The notes under the pieces are model-generated. The model was given only the letters and a program-made list of their open reading frames with translations. It ran no database searches and was not told the DNA's origin. This document shows positions 1-10,122 of a stretch of 64,000 bases of DNA, one piece after another. The position numbers and the translations under genes are program-made. This DNA comes from an uncultured Nitrososphaerales archaeon (GTDB taxonomy: Archaea > Thermoproteota > Nitrososphaeria > Nitrososphaerales > Nitrososphaeraceae): positions 224,001 through 288,000 of the forward strand of contig CAVQMO010000003.1 of NCBI GenBank assembly GCA_963713605.1, read 5' to 3'. How positions within the stretch are numbered: position 1 is the first letter of the stretch; each line of letters begins with the position of its first letter.

Positions 1-341
1 TTGTAAGTTTCTGGACTGAAACTTTTTAATACTTTTTGTAATTTCTTGCTAGGGTTGCCATAAACCTCAAATTTACTTATTCTAGAGAGGCTGAAAATCT
101 TTGGTAGTATAGTTTGCGATGCAAGACCATTATTGTGAGCAAATACAGCTTCCGAATTTGCGTATATTTCATGTACAATACACTTTGTTTCATCTCTATC
201 AAAATAAAAACGGTAACTTATCGTATCTGGTTCGTTAGCTTCTACTACTCTACTCATATTCAGTATCAGTTTCTTGTACTCTTTTATTTTTTCACCTTTT
301 ATGATGAATTTTGCTCTTAAGTGTATTAGATTGTGTTTCAT
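1..341 (-). CDS. Antibiotic biosynthesis monooxygenase (ABM)/quinol monooxygenase-like protein, 3' end runs off the window
   Basis: Manual translation from ATG at 341: MKHNLIHLRAKFIIKGEKIKEYKKLILNMSRVVEANEPDTISYRFYFDRDETKCIVHEIYANSEAVFAH...FEVYGNPS. The 'EPxTxxY...vhExYxdseAxxaH' pattern is ABM-like. Not in the ORF track. Confidence 0.7.
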   Translation of the reverse strand, partial: MKHNLIHLRAKFIIKGEKIKEYKKLILNMSRVVEANEPDTISYRFYFDRDETKCIVHEIYANSEAVFAHNNGLASQTILPKIFSLSRISKFEVYGNPSKKLQKVLKSFSPETY

Positions 342-401
342 GCTGCTGTCCCACAAATAATAATTGAATAAAAAATAAGGCAGAATCTCGTTGGATAGAG
401 C

Positions 402-857
402 CTATTGCCCGATAGTTCCATTAGTTGCTAGTCTCAACACCGGACCAAATGTTCCGCCGTTGTCGGTGCTAAATCTTAGTACTGGCTCAGAGCTTGTAGA
501 ATTTGTTTCCCACCAACTTACGATTACGTTATCATCAGTAGCTTCTACATCAAAGTCAGTGGAATTAGAGCCAGTTGAGTTGCTCAGATTAACTTTGTCT
601 TGGTATGTTTGTCCACCATCTCCGGAAACTCTAAACATAACTTCTGTAGCATTAGTAGCTGGATCATCGCTACCCCACACAACGTACACTGTTTCACCGG
701 ATGTAGCAATTACTGCTGGAGCTCGAATTTTAATTGCTCTGTCGCCACCAACCGCGTCATTACCTTTCTGTAACTGAGACTGAACTGCCTGTTCTATAGT
801 TCCGATTGCCGTCAAAGCTATCATGAAGATAGCACCCACAGTAATTTGTTTGTGCAT
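402..857 (-). CDS. Secreted protein with two Asp-box (BNR/sialidase-like) motifs
   Basis: N-terminal signal peptide; SGDGGQTY and STDNGGTF match the Asp-box SxDxGxT[WF]. Confidence 0.7.
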   Translation of the reverse strand: MHKQITVGAIFMIALTAIGTIEQAVQSQLQKGNDAVGGDRAIKIRAPAVIATSGETVYVVWGSDDPATNATEVMFRVSGDGGQTYQDKVNLSNSTGSNSTDFDVEATDDNVIVSWWETNSTSSEPVLRFSTDNGGTFGPVLRLATNGTIGQ

Positions 858-1051
858 GACGTTTGATGTAACTCGTAATATATAACCCTGATAACCGATG
901 AATCATTCAGAATAGAATATAATTCAACAAAAGGTATGGAGATTGAATTCTACAGGTAATCTATCGGGTAATGACAAGTCTAATCACTTACTCTATTTGA
1001 GTGATATTGAGTAGAACGGTCACTGTCACCCTAGTGTAATATTATCCGCAA

Positions 1052-1357
1052 TTATTCGCTGTTATCATTTGTTCTATTAGTTGATACTTCAAGAAGTGGA
1101 CTAAAAGCATTCCAGAAATCTTGATTGCTAACACTTATTACTGGAGAATTGTCTGGCTCTGTTTCATTTGCTTTTAGCCATGTCACGACTATGTGCTTTC
1201 TGTCTGTTGACGCTATCGAATTATTTCGACTTGTATTATCATTGAGTTGAGCTAATGCAACTGTTATATCGCTGATAATAGATCCCATTATAACAGTTAG
1301 TACCACGGATAGTACAAGATTCATCTTCTTGACAAATGAAAATAGTTTAATATGCAC
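1052..1357 (-). CDS. Secreted hypothetical protein
   Basis: Hydrophobic N-terminus ending ALA-Q, several N-x-S/T sequons. Confidence 0.55.
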   Translation of the reverse strand: MHIKLFSFVKKMNLVLSVVLTVIMGSIISDITVALAQLNDNTSRNNSIASTDRKHIVVTWLKANETEPDNSPVISVSNQDFWNAFSPLLEVSTNRTNDNSE

Positions 1358-1731
1358 CGTCTATTCATGAAAAACAAATTATAAAAACAGTAATTACCAA
1401 GTTGATATTACAAATATATAGAATGGGGTTAGATATCAGTTATTCATCTACATATAAATAAAGCGCTATTTTATCTTATATCTCATCTGATAATGATTGT
1501 ATACTTTTATGAATATATTTTATGAAAAATAGTGATCATTGGGAAACTAATTTGCATCTCACTGAGCTTCTGCTATTCTAAATCAGAATAAAGATAGAGT
1601 TATTGATTATGGAAGAATCTTAGACCATCACTAATTAGTCATTGTTATCATGGTACGGCATTAAAGGTTATGAATTCAAAAGTTCAAAGTCAAAAAAAGT
1701 GATAGTCAGCTTCAAGCTTCCGGTCTGCTTT

Positions 1732-1968
1732 TTATTGCACTCCAATTATGTTAGCTGCGTTTCCATCACCTTGTATTTGAGATAATAGATTTTGACAGAA
1801 GACGTTCAATGGTAGTTCACCATTACCACACTCATTTACTTGAGATGCAGCTTGACTCTTCTCGTATTTCTTCTTATCAGCAAATGCGTTATCTGTAGTA
1901 GAAAGTGCCGTTGCACCAACTAACATTACCGTCACTACTGCAACAATTACTAAATATTTTGTGTTCAT
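1732..1968 (-). CDS. Small secreted two-Cys peptide, family member A2
   Basis: Signal peptide ending AFA; NECGNGELPLNVFCQN...QIQGDGNAA; mature part identical to 32480..32716. Confidence 0.85.
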   Translation of the reverse strand: MNTKYLVIVAVVTVMLVGATALSTTDNAFADKKKYEKSQAASQVNECGNGELPLNVFCQNLLSQIQGDGNAANIIGVQ

Positions 1969-2026
1969 ACTATCAATGGTAGTTGGCGTCTTACTTTTCT
2001 ATTTTAAGAAAGATCTAACACTAGAT

Positions 2027-2039
2027 TAAATCTGATTTA
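2027..2039. promoter_or_regulatory. Palindromic operator candidate TAAATC-T-GATTTA
   Basis: Perfect 6-1-6 palindrome 59 bp upstream of the ATG at 1968; related copies at the same spacing before four paralogues. Confidence 0.65.
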
Positions 2040-2112
2040 TGTTCCATCAAAAATATTGGAAAATACAGCAATGCAAAAAATTATAAAAAAAAGAATGTTG
2101 TAGAACTACTTG

Positions 2113-2373
2113 TTATGGTGCTATGGCAGGGAATGCTTGATCTGCTGCTAGAGATACTGCGTTCTCGTCACCTTGAATCTGAGAATCAATGTTTTGACAT
2201 CCAACATTTAGCGGTAGTTCACCGTTTCCACAAGCATTAGCCTGTGAGATCACTTGATTCTTTTCATATTTCTTCTTTCCGTCTGCAAGTGCGCTGTCTG
2301 TTGTAGCAAGTGCTGTAGCTCCGATGAGCATAGCTGTCATAGCTGCAACTATTACGAAGTATTTTGTATTCAT
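2113..2373 (-). CDS. Small secreted two-Cys peptide, family member A1 (likely start at MNTKY, 2373)
   Basis: Paralogue alignment places the start at MNTKY; NACGNGELPLNVGCQNIDSQIQGDENAV. Confidence 0.85.
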   Translation of the reverse strand: MNTKYFVIVAAMTAMLIGATALATTDSALADGKKKYEKNQVISQANACGNGELPLNVGCQNIDSQIQGDENAVSLAADQAFPAIAP

Positions 2374-2430
2374 ACTGACAACGTTGTAAGAGTACAGTTT
2401 ATTTGAATTTAGCAAATACGGACGGTATTA

Positions 2431-2443
2431 TAAATCTGATATT
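2431..2443. promoter_or_regulatory. Palindromic operator candidate TAAATCTGATATT
   Basis: 58 bp upstream of the ATG at 2373; same WATC-W-GATW core. Confidence 0.6.
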
Positions 2444-2466
2444 TTTTATATTAGAACGAGTTTGAA

Positions 2467-2673
2467 TTAGCGCATAGCCAAACTTTCTTCTTCCGACCAA
2501 GCTCGTTTGAATGGCATTATCTTTTTAGTTCGTGGAGCTTCGTCCCACCAACCTATAAGACCTTTGCATCGACTACATCGAAGCTCTGTTCTTGAATCAC
2601 TTATCTTGAAAAATTCTATAGTCTTTGTATTGGTTAACCACCGACTACAAATGCAGTCTTCCGTCCAATGCAA
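2467..2673 (-). CDS. Small putative zinc-binding protein
   Basis: CIC...CSRC cysteine pairs in a 68-aa ORF. Confidence 0.5.
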   Translation of the reverse strand: MHWTEDCICSRWLTNTKTIEFFKISDSRTELRCSRCKGLIGWWDEAPRTKKIMPFKRAWSEEESLAMR

Positions 2674-2806
2674 TATGATATATTATACGGAATATAAGAT
2701 ATTACGTGCTGTGATCCACCATACTATTAGAATAGTACTGTGACCAGTACTAGCAGACTCACGTAGTCTTTTCAGCTCTTATTGGTCTAATAATATAAAC
2801 AAAAAC

Positions 2807-3064
2807 CTATGTCGTATCTGTTGAACCTATTGCTACCTCTGCAGTAGCAAATCTATTTTTTACAGAACTAATCTTAATCTTTACGTTTTTGTCTCCAGCT
2901 TTTGCATTTTTGACAAAAATTATGAAACCTTGAATTCGTGCGATACCGTCTCCCGCACTACCGTTATCAGTAATGTCTACTATGTATTCTTTCCCTGTTT
3001 CTACGGGTTTTGATGAGGCGCCCGTTCTTCCAGAAAAACCCCTCGTGTTCTGTCCGTGACTCAT
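2807..3064 (-). CDS. Single TRAM-domain RNA-binding protein
   Basis: KPVETGKEYIVDITD.G..GDGIARIQGFIIFV is the archaeal stand-alone TRAM pattern. Confidence 0.9.
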   Translation of the reverse strand: MSHGQNTRGFSGRTGASSKPVETGKEYIVDITDNGSAGDGIARIQGFIIFVKNAKAGDKNVKIKISSVKNRFATAEVAIGSTDTT

Positions 3065-3086
3065 AAATGTCGTATTTAACAGACAT

Positions 3087-3701
3087 TTATTTATCCATTC
3101 TTTTTAGTTGTTGGTTTTTGATATCGATAGCTCTCCCGAGATCTGACAATTGAGCATTCCATAAAATTAACTTATTCATCAAATTTCTCTTTTTACCTTC
3201 TAGATTTAGTACGTCGTTCGTAAGACATTGAACTCTGTCAGTTAGTTGAGGCAAGTCATTGCCAACATATCTTAGAATGTTCGAGATGTGTTTTTCATCC
3301 AACATACGACGCTCTTTCAAACAATGGAACAACTTCAGAAATGACGGGAGAAAGGTTTTGATTTCATTGTAAACGAATGCCAGTTCGTGAAGATCGTTCA
3401 AGGCCCAATACTCTTCTAGAATATTTTGGACTTCAGATGCTGATAGATCTAATTCTATAGCAACGTCGACGGGGCGCTTACCTTGCAAGAACAGGGATAA
3501 GGCTTGAGTTTCTTTGCTTTTATTACTCATATCATTCGGTACAGTTTCATATTCATCTCGGCCATTTATTCGTCTAATGATTTTACCTATTGTTCCAAAA
3601 GATAAATGTGCTTGCTGTGCAATCTCTCGGATTGGCTTACCTTCTTTATACAGCTTGACCACTAGCTGCTCTTTTTCTTTTTTATCTAATATTACTTGCA
3701 A
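3087..3701 (-). CDS. Double helix-turn-helix protein with C-terminal coiled coil
   Basis: LYKEGKPIREIAQQAHLSFGTIGKII and LFLQGKRPVDVAIELDL are HTH-like. Confidence 0.7.
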   Translation of the reverse strand: MQVILDKKEKEQLVVKLYKEGKPIREIAQQAHLSFGTIGKIIRRINGRDEYETVPNDMSNKSKETQALSLFLQGKRPVDVAIELDLSASEVQNILEEYWALNDLHELAFVYNEIKTFLPSFLKLFHCLKERRMLDEKHISNILRYVGNDLPQLTDRVQCLTNDVLNLEGKKRNLMNKLILWNAQLSDLGRAIDIKNQQLKRMDK

Positions 3702-4032
3702 TATATATTGTTGGCAATCAGTGCTACAAAGCTTTTTCGATCTGTTATTATCTGTTACCGTTGTAACGGTTATTATTTCCGAATGATACTAGCTGCTATT
3801 TTATAGTGAAATTCGGCCTAAATGGTGGACTATACTATATGATGTAATGCGACATGATTTTTAGTAATAGGTTCTTTGCATGAAATACAGTCGTCCACTT
3901 TGTTTCTCTTCATGTTAAACATGTAGTGACGGTAGACAGTACGGTTTGATATCAATAGTACTATTATTCTGAATCATATACGAGTAAATTGTACAAACAA
4001 TTTATATACCCATCAAGATTTAGATTATCACG

Positions 4033-4245
4033 ATGAAATCGAGACTTTTAGTTATGACTATGGCGACGGCGATGGTAATTGCCATGGCTACACTAGCAAA
4101 TTTTGGGATTGGTCTAGTATCGGCACAGACAGCTGACAACGCTACTACGGGAAATATGACTGGCGGCAATATGACCAGCGGGGCTACCACGGAAGAAACT
4201 GGTGGCATAGCCGCTGCTTGCGGTGGGTATATGCCTCCCTGTTGA
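4033..4245 (+). CDS. Small secreted protein with NMT/NAT sequon repeats
   Basis: Signal peptide ending VSA-Q; NATTGNMTGGNMTSG; C-terminal CGGYMPPC. Confidence 0.65.
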   Translation: MKSRLLVMTMATAMVIAMATLANFGIGLVSAQTADNATTGNMTGGNMTSGATTEETGGIAAACGGYMPPC

Positions 4246-4493
4246 GAGCCTTCATTCTTTTTTATCGTTCTCAACTCAATGCCCATCAGTTGTTTAATTA
4301 TTAATCTACATCATCGACTCTTCTTCTGAAGTATTCCCTTCTTCTTTCCATCAACTATTTTAACTTGTCAATAATCTCTTTTTTTGGAAATGTATAGAAT
4401 GAGATAGTCATTAGTTAGTAGTGTGGGCATATGCCGAAACAGTTTCAATTGCTGTGAACTGATATCTGACAATTTGTAGCGGTTGCCTGAAGT

Positions 4494-4793
4494 CTATTCG
4501 TCGTCATCTTGTGTGCCAATGTGAATTAGTCTATTACTAATCTGTTCAGATTGTATCATAGACTTTAAATGAATAATGATTTTGTGTTGAGACAACAACA
4601 ACGACATAATTAATGACTCCGTTGGAAATGGATGTTCTTGTGCATGAATATTTATCGCGACAGAATACTTGTAACAGTCATTTAGCAGCTTTGTCAAAAT
4701 GGCTTTATCTTCGTCTGAAGGGAGTTTATCTATAAAGCCTCTCCAAGTCTCTATTTCTCTAGTAAGAACGTCTTCGTCTGGAAATAAACTCAT
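4494..4793 (-). CDS. Small helical PolB2-associated protein (arCOG07300-like)
   Basis: EIETWRGFIDKL..EDKAILTKLL...FPTESLIMSLLL; directly downstream of PolB2; paralogues at 22824 and about 26997. Confidence 0.6.
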   Translation of the reverse strand: MSLFPDEDVLTREIETWRGFIDKLPSDEDKAILTKLLNDCYKYSVAINIHAQEHPFPTESLIMSLLLSQHKIIIHLKSMIQSEQISNRLIHIGTQDDDE

Positions 4794-4820
4794 TGTTTGT
4801 TTAGCATTTCCATGATCATT

Positions 4821-7006
4821 TCATAATTCCGATTTCGATGTTTCTATATCTCTCTCACGCTGTTCGTACAATTCATTCCACCACTTGGAGGTCTTTTTTC
4901 TATCAAACCCAAATAACGATCGGTTAAATCCGAATACTGATAATACTACTTCTGCCGAATCTAGAAGCATTTCCAGATATTTTTCTCTATCATAACTCTC
5001 AGAAGAAATAAGTTTGGCTGGAACTATTCTATACAACGGATCCGAATGAGTCGAATCTGTATATATATATCTGATATTATCCCCACGGTTGGTAATGACC
5101 CCCGAGATGTTTAATCTAATGGCTGCAGCAACGTGTGGAAATAAACTTCTGTATTTTTCTATATTCTGCCAATAATTTGGAGATCACTAAATCAGTTATC
5201 TGCACTTCTCCATTCATAATTTTATCAATACTGTGAGTGATGTATAAAAGCGCATTCTGATATCCGGTAGTCAAAGCTTCTTTCAGACAATTACAACCAA
5301 ATAACTCGGAAAGCAGAGTTGTCTGAAACTGTTTTATGAACGCCGGAGAATCATGCCTTCTGGTGTCTATACCTCTTGTAACTAATTGGTTGTCATAAGT
5401 AAATCCATAGTAATGCTTTTTAGCTTCCAACTTTTCATCGGCTTCAACGTGTAACAATATCAGAAATTTGTAGTGAAACTCGAAAGTCAAATCTAAACCA
5501 GTTTCTTTTGCTATCATACTCATTATCTCATCATAATCTTCTTTTGTTGCATCTCTCTTCTTCAAAAAGACGGCATCTGTATCCGCGTAAATCAGCTCGA
5601 AGCCAGCGCTTTGTACAATATCTTTTGTCTTTAATAATATCTGCCTTGAGAGCTTGTTTATCTCTTCAAAGACACGAACATTGCTGTATCTATTCCAAAT
5701 CGAACCCGATGTTCCATAAAGACAGACAAGAATTTGCTTTAATGTTTCTAATCGTATTTGACAATAAGATTGATTTTCATGGTCGGCATTAGCCTTAAGT
5801 AGTCTTTTAAGATAGACCCGCCTTCTAACGAGTTCGTTAACTATTGATGGAAGTATAGCCATCTGATTTTGTGAGTCCGAGGCTGACGGAGTCTCATAGC
5901 TAATATGATGATTCATTATCAGATTCGCATATTCGTCATTAAAATCTAGAACTGCGACATTCTCATGTGGTCCAATTTCTGGTGATATAAGCATCCCCGC
6001 CTTATCCATCTCGATAATATCTTGTAAAGTTCTGAGTTGTTCGTGATGTTTTGATATAGTCTTCATTCTTGTTGGAATAACGAACTCTCTTTGAATTAGC
6101 TCATATGTTATTCTGCTATCAATTAGTCGTATCATTCCATATTTTGAAGCGAGTCTGAGTGGGAGATATCCAAACTTCGACTTTTCAACTAATTCAAGAA
6201 ATTCAATGTCGTTCATTGAACTATGAGAATGAATTATAACTTTGTCCCTAGACCATTCTTTAAAATGAATATCATTTTGAGAATAGAGCGGTCCGTCATC
6301 GCCGCAAAAGATGATAATATCGGGATTCTTTTCTGCAATATATGAGATATAGTTTGGATCAGATAAGCCATACACTAGAAGTATTGTCAGCCAGACTTGT
6401 TCATTAGTTCTCACTATAAGTTTTAGCTGATCTTTATTGTCTTCATTGGCGGCTCGCATGATTGCATCAAATTTTCGAATATACATAGTTAAGAATGGAG
6501 GCGGGACTATCATCTTCACTATCATCTATTCTCCCTATCGATAACAATTGGTCTTCATCAAATTCAATCTTGACTTTGCTAACTGGCGGGATTTTTAGTT
6601 TAGTATAAATGAATTACATCACATCAGATAAATCGATATTATATAACGTCTTCACTCTTGAATCGAGATTTAATTTCTGAAGAAGCATTTTGAAGTCTTG
6701 TCTTTCAACTTTTTGAGAGTTTGCTAGACTGATGCTGATTAAGCGTGTTTTGTTCTTATCGTGAAGATCAATGAATTTCTCATCCCAGAATATTCGTTTG
6801 ATTAATTGGTCATGTCTGGACAGTTGTTGTAAGAGATCTTCACCGGCTGAACTAGAATTGGGAATTATATAGAAAGTTCGTTCAGTCAGTTTTTGAGTGA
6901 AGTTAATAACTTTACCATCAACTAGTTTTATGAGTATGACAATGTTATTGCTAACATAATCTTTTCTAACATCCAGTATCCATCCGATTGAGCTTTGACT
7001 GACCAA
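4821..7006 (-). CDS. polB2: Family B DNA polymerase, PolB2 type, split into several ORFs by frameshifts
   Basis: Motif A VAVLDFNDEYANLI, motif B KQILVCLYGTSG, motif C IYADTDAVF, thumb TRGIDTRRHD and YDREKY; no clear exonuclease motifs; fragments 6614-7006, 5116-6525 and 4821-5036 are co-linear. Confidence 0.85.
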
Positions 7007-7015
7007 TAGTTCACA

Positions 7016-7381
7016 CTAGCTTGGAAGACTTAGATCGTCATTAGATGCTCTTAGCTTGTCCATAATCATCTTTACTGTATTTTCTAATTCTATGACTTTA
7101 TCTGACAACTGCTTTATCTTTACATCTTTTTCTTTCAATTCTCTTGTCATAGCTGCAGTTAGTTTTCGGTTATGTATAGATGCAATGAGATTGAGTTTAT
7201 CACAGACAGTCGGCAACGTAGAATTTCCCATTGCAGCTTGTTCGCGATTCCAGGCATCTCTCAATATTAAATCAAATGCACTTTTGTGACCAAGATCGAC
7301 CATTGCGGATTGAAGCTCTGATTTTAATTCGGCTACAGTTTCTTCATAGAGTTGACGAAATGACGGCGTAATTCTACCCAT
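7016..7381 (-). CDS. arCOG07300-like helical protein (PolB2 partner)
   Basis: N-terminal MGRITPSFRQ signature; lies between inactive RadA and PolB2. Confidence 0.7.
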   Translation of the reverse strand: MGRITPSFRQLYEETVAELKSELQSAMVDLGHKSAFDLILRDAWNREQAAMGNSTLPTVCDKLNLIASIHNRKLTAAMTRELKEKDVKIKQLSDKVIELENTVKMIMDKLRASNDDLSLPS

Positions 7382-7388
7382 GATCCCA

Positions 7389-8275
7389 TCAATCGAATAT
7401 GAGAAGCATTGGGTTCACCCGCTTACCAATTCTCTTTGCATAGAAGCTAGCGTATTTGGGAGTTATCTGATATGGATGTTTAATCATTGTGGCTTTACAC
7501 ACGACTGAGCCACTGCCACTATTACTACTAGACGTTGCATAATAATTAGTGTTTGCACTTGGCTTCAAGTTCACGATTACATTCACCAGATGTTTCAGAT
7601 ATGTACCACCGTTTGGGTTGGGTATTATTCCGCTATTAGAAACGTTGCAATGTCCAGTTGCTACGATTGCCACTTTATTTTTAGTGCAAACTTGATACAA
7701 GATATTCAAGACTTTTTTAATAATGCGCCATTGTCTTCATTGCCGTTGACAAAGAATTTGGTTAAATTTCTTATTCCAAGAAGTTTGATGTCGGGGTTAG
7801 ATTGTATCAGATCTGCTATTTCTTCTGCAACAGTTATTTGATGCTCCAAATTGTATGCTGTCTGAATGTATAGGTTTTTGGATACAACCTTCGGTTCTAT
7901 ACCCGCGTATTTCGAAATAACGGCAAGCTTTTTGGGATTTAGAATTTGATGCTTATTTTTGTCCGTCGCATAATCTATATTATTAAAAAAAACAGCCATA
8001 GATTCGAAGCCATGTTTCTTGCCACTCTTCGGTAAAATACAACCAACCAATATTCTGTTGAGAAGTGAATCAAGAATGATTTGGCTATCATGTGTGCTGT
8101 AGAAAAGGTAGAATAAACTTTCTTGCAATCCATCAATGAGTCCGTCTATTTCAGCACAGCCAGAAGACATTTTTTGTATAGTATTTTGCTGGTCTAACAG
8201 ATCGAGAGCGCATTTCATCTCAGAAAAATAAGTTTGAAATGTAGAAGCGGGCAAGTTCGTAGATTGGGACATCAT
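7389..8275 (-). CDS. Inactivated RadA/RecA-fold paralogue (iRadA), frameshifted near 7707
   Basis: MSSGCAEIDGLIDGL start of the RecA fold, AYNLEHQ, GGTYLKHLVNVIVNL; Walker A replaced by YSTHDSQII. Confidence 0.75.
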
Positions 8276-8278
8276 TTC

Positions 8279-10122
8279 TCAAGAAATATGAATTTGATTT
8301 GGAAAAAACCACAACTGATCATGGACATACATGATCGAACCCCGAGCATTCACATTTCTGCCATAGAGCTTAAGTCTTGTATCTTCAAGTATTTGTCGCT
8401 GCATATTTTCTCTGTTATTCACCCGGTACACGTCACTGACCGTATGAATTTCTATGTCATTTCCAATCTTCAGATCTTTAACCGCTTTTTTGACCGCTTC
8501 ATACATTCGTGGTATAAGTCTTGACTGTTTGTATTCAATGAATTTCTGAACTGAAGCCGGAATATACAATGATTCTTGGCCGAAGTAACTGACGCTAGCA
8601 GGGTAAGTAAAAGTGTTCTCAGAGTTCAACATCTTAATCTTAAGCAACGGGATTTCATCGGGCGAAATATCAATGTCATAGACTTGTTTCCAGAATTCGA
8701 CCAAGTTTCGAATATCTAGTTCAGATACTATTTGCTGGCTCGCTTTTCTAGAAATTACGTCAACTATACTACCATAATGCCCAGTAGGGGCTACAATTAC
8801 TTTACTTCGATAGTTTAGTAGCATGCGAATGACCGCGTTTGCGGTAGCACCAGCTTCTCTTCGCATTCTAATGTAATCGAGTACAGGTTTCCCGAACGTA
8901 AGCATGTGGACTTAGTTCTATCGTCAGTTGCAACTTATGTCGGTATTGTTGTTGCATGTCAACTCTAACGTCCGCTGAGAAGCCCAAGTATAACTTAGCT
9001 CTTTCGCATCTGTAAAGTGAAATTGGATCTTCAAGTAAATAAATTCCGTGTCTCATTCTCTTCTCTGTAGTGTCTTGGATACTCATCGAAATGGCCCGCT
9101 CAATCAATCTTCTAATAATTTTAATATCTTCCATAGATTCAGCTCCATTGGCATCGAGATGTCTAACATTCAGTTCTGCAAATTTAGTTTTCAAGTCAGT
9201 ATCATTTACTGGGAAATAGACTAGGTTTCGGCCGTCAGATACTATTAGCTTATTAGATCTCGTATAGAATGACGGCGAGATATTCTCGGGTAGCACGGCT
9301 TCCATTAGATGAAAGCTAGATGGAATTTCTATACTGAGAGTTGAGATAGAATTGTTGTTTGGCTGACTGTGAATCTTGGTTATTCTGGGTCGCTGAAGCA
9401 CATAAGATAAGTTGGCTCAAATTTCTTTGTAATACTTTGGCAGCGAGATCTTTGGTCAAGACCATCTTAATTGCGCCGGAACCATCGTATAGCTTACTAG
9501 ATATTCTAAGATCCCACGCAAATCCCATTCCACATTCTTTTGGGCATTTGGTACTATCGTAGAGTATCAAAGATCTGCATTTGTTGCAGCGCTTAATTAA
9601 ACCAGATGTACTGTGAATCGTCGAAACGGTCCCATTCAGATAGATATATCTAACTGGTCTATTGATAGCCCCAATCTTTGGAACCCAAGTATACTCCCGA
9701 ATATCTTCCACATTCTTTGGCTCTAATTTTGTGAATTCTGTAATTACCAATAATAAAGATCTGTCTGGAAATTCATGAACGTACGCTGAATAAATTTTAT
9801 AAACTGAATCCCGAATGAGTGGATTCGCAATCTTATGGCTAACAAATGATACTTTAGATGTAGAATCTTCAAGCACGCCGGTAAAGACAATTTTCTCTCC
9901 AAGAGCGTCGTGCCTTTCAGCAGTTCTGAGATATGCAATTCGTGCTGTTGTTGAAGTATATTTTCCAGCTTCAAGCTCTGATAGTGTAACAGATGGAATC
10001 GGCTCACGTAAAGCCGGTGGAGTTGGAAGAGATTTTGGATCTGGATATAAATTACTAAGTATTTGAGAACTAGAATTACGGGCATTCTCATCATACTTAC
10101 TATAATGTAAAGATTCTACCAA
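8279..10122 (-). CDS. RPA-like OB-fold/zinc-finger protein with an inserted Argonaute-like L1-PAZ module (three ORFs joined by two frameshifts, about 610 aa)
   Basis: OB1 (GVLEDSTSKVSF), OB2 with CNKC...CPKEC and LYDGSGAI; insert LYLGFSADVRV...LSPHAYVRE[P/T]VLDYI and NLVEFWKQVYDIDISPDEIPLL...TYPAS; OB completion LYGRNVNARGSI. Confidence 0.65.

Noticed and set aside
391..777. Plus-strand 128-aa ORF and similar antisense ORFs (e.g. 12093, 35797-36729, 38688, 44267)
   Set aside because: Shadows of better-supported genes on the opposite strand
4821..7006. Casposon, pipolin or viral protein-primed polymerase
   Set aside because: No cas1, terminal inverted repeats or capsid genes seen; gene context is that of cellular PolB2
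8279..9401. A complete prokaryotic Argonaute defence gene
   Set aside because: No MID or PIWI motifs here or elsewhere in the window; the sequence after the PAZ-like part returns to an OB-fold strand pattern
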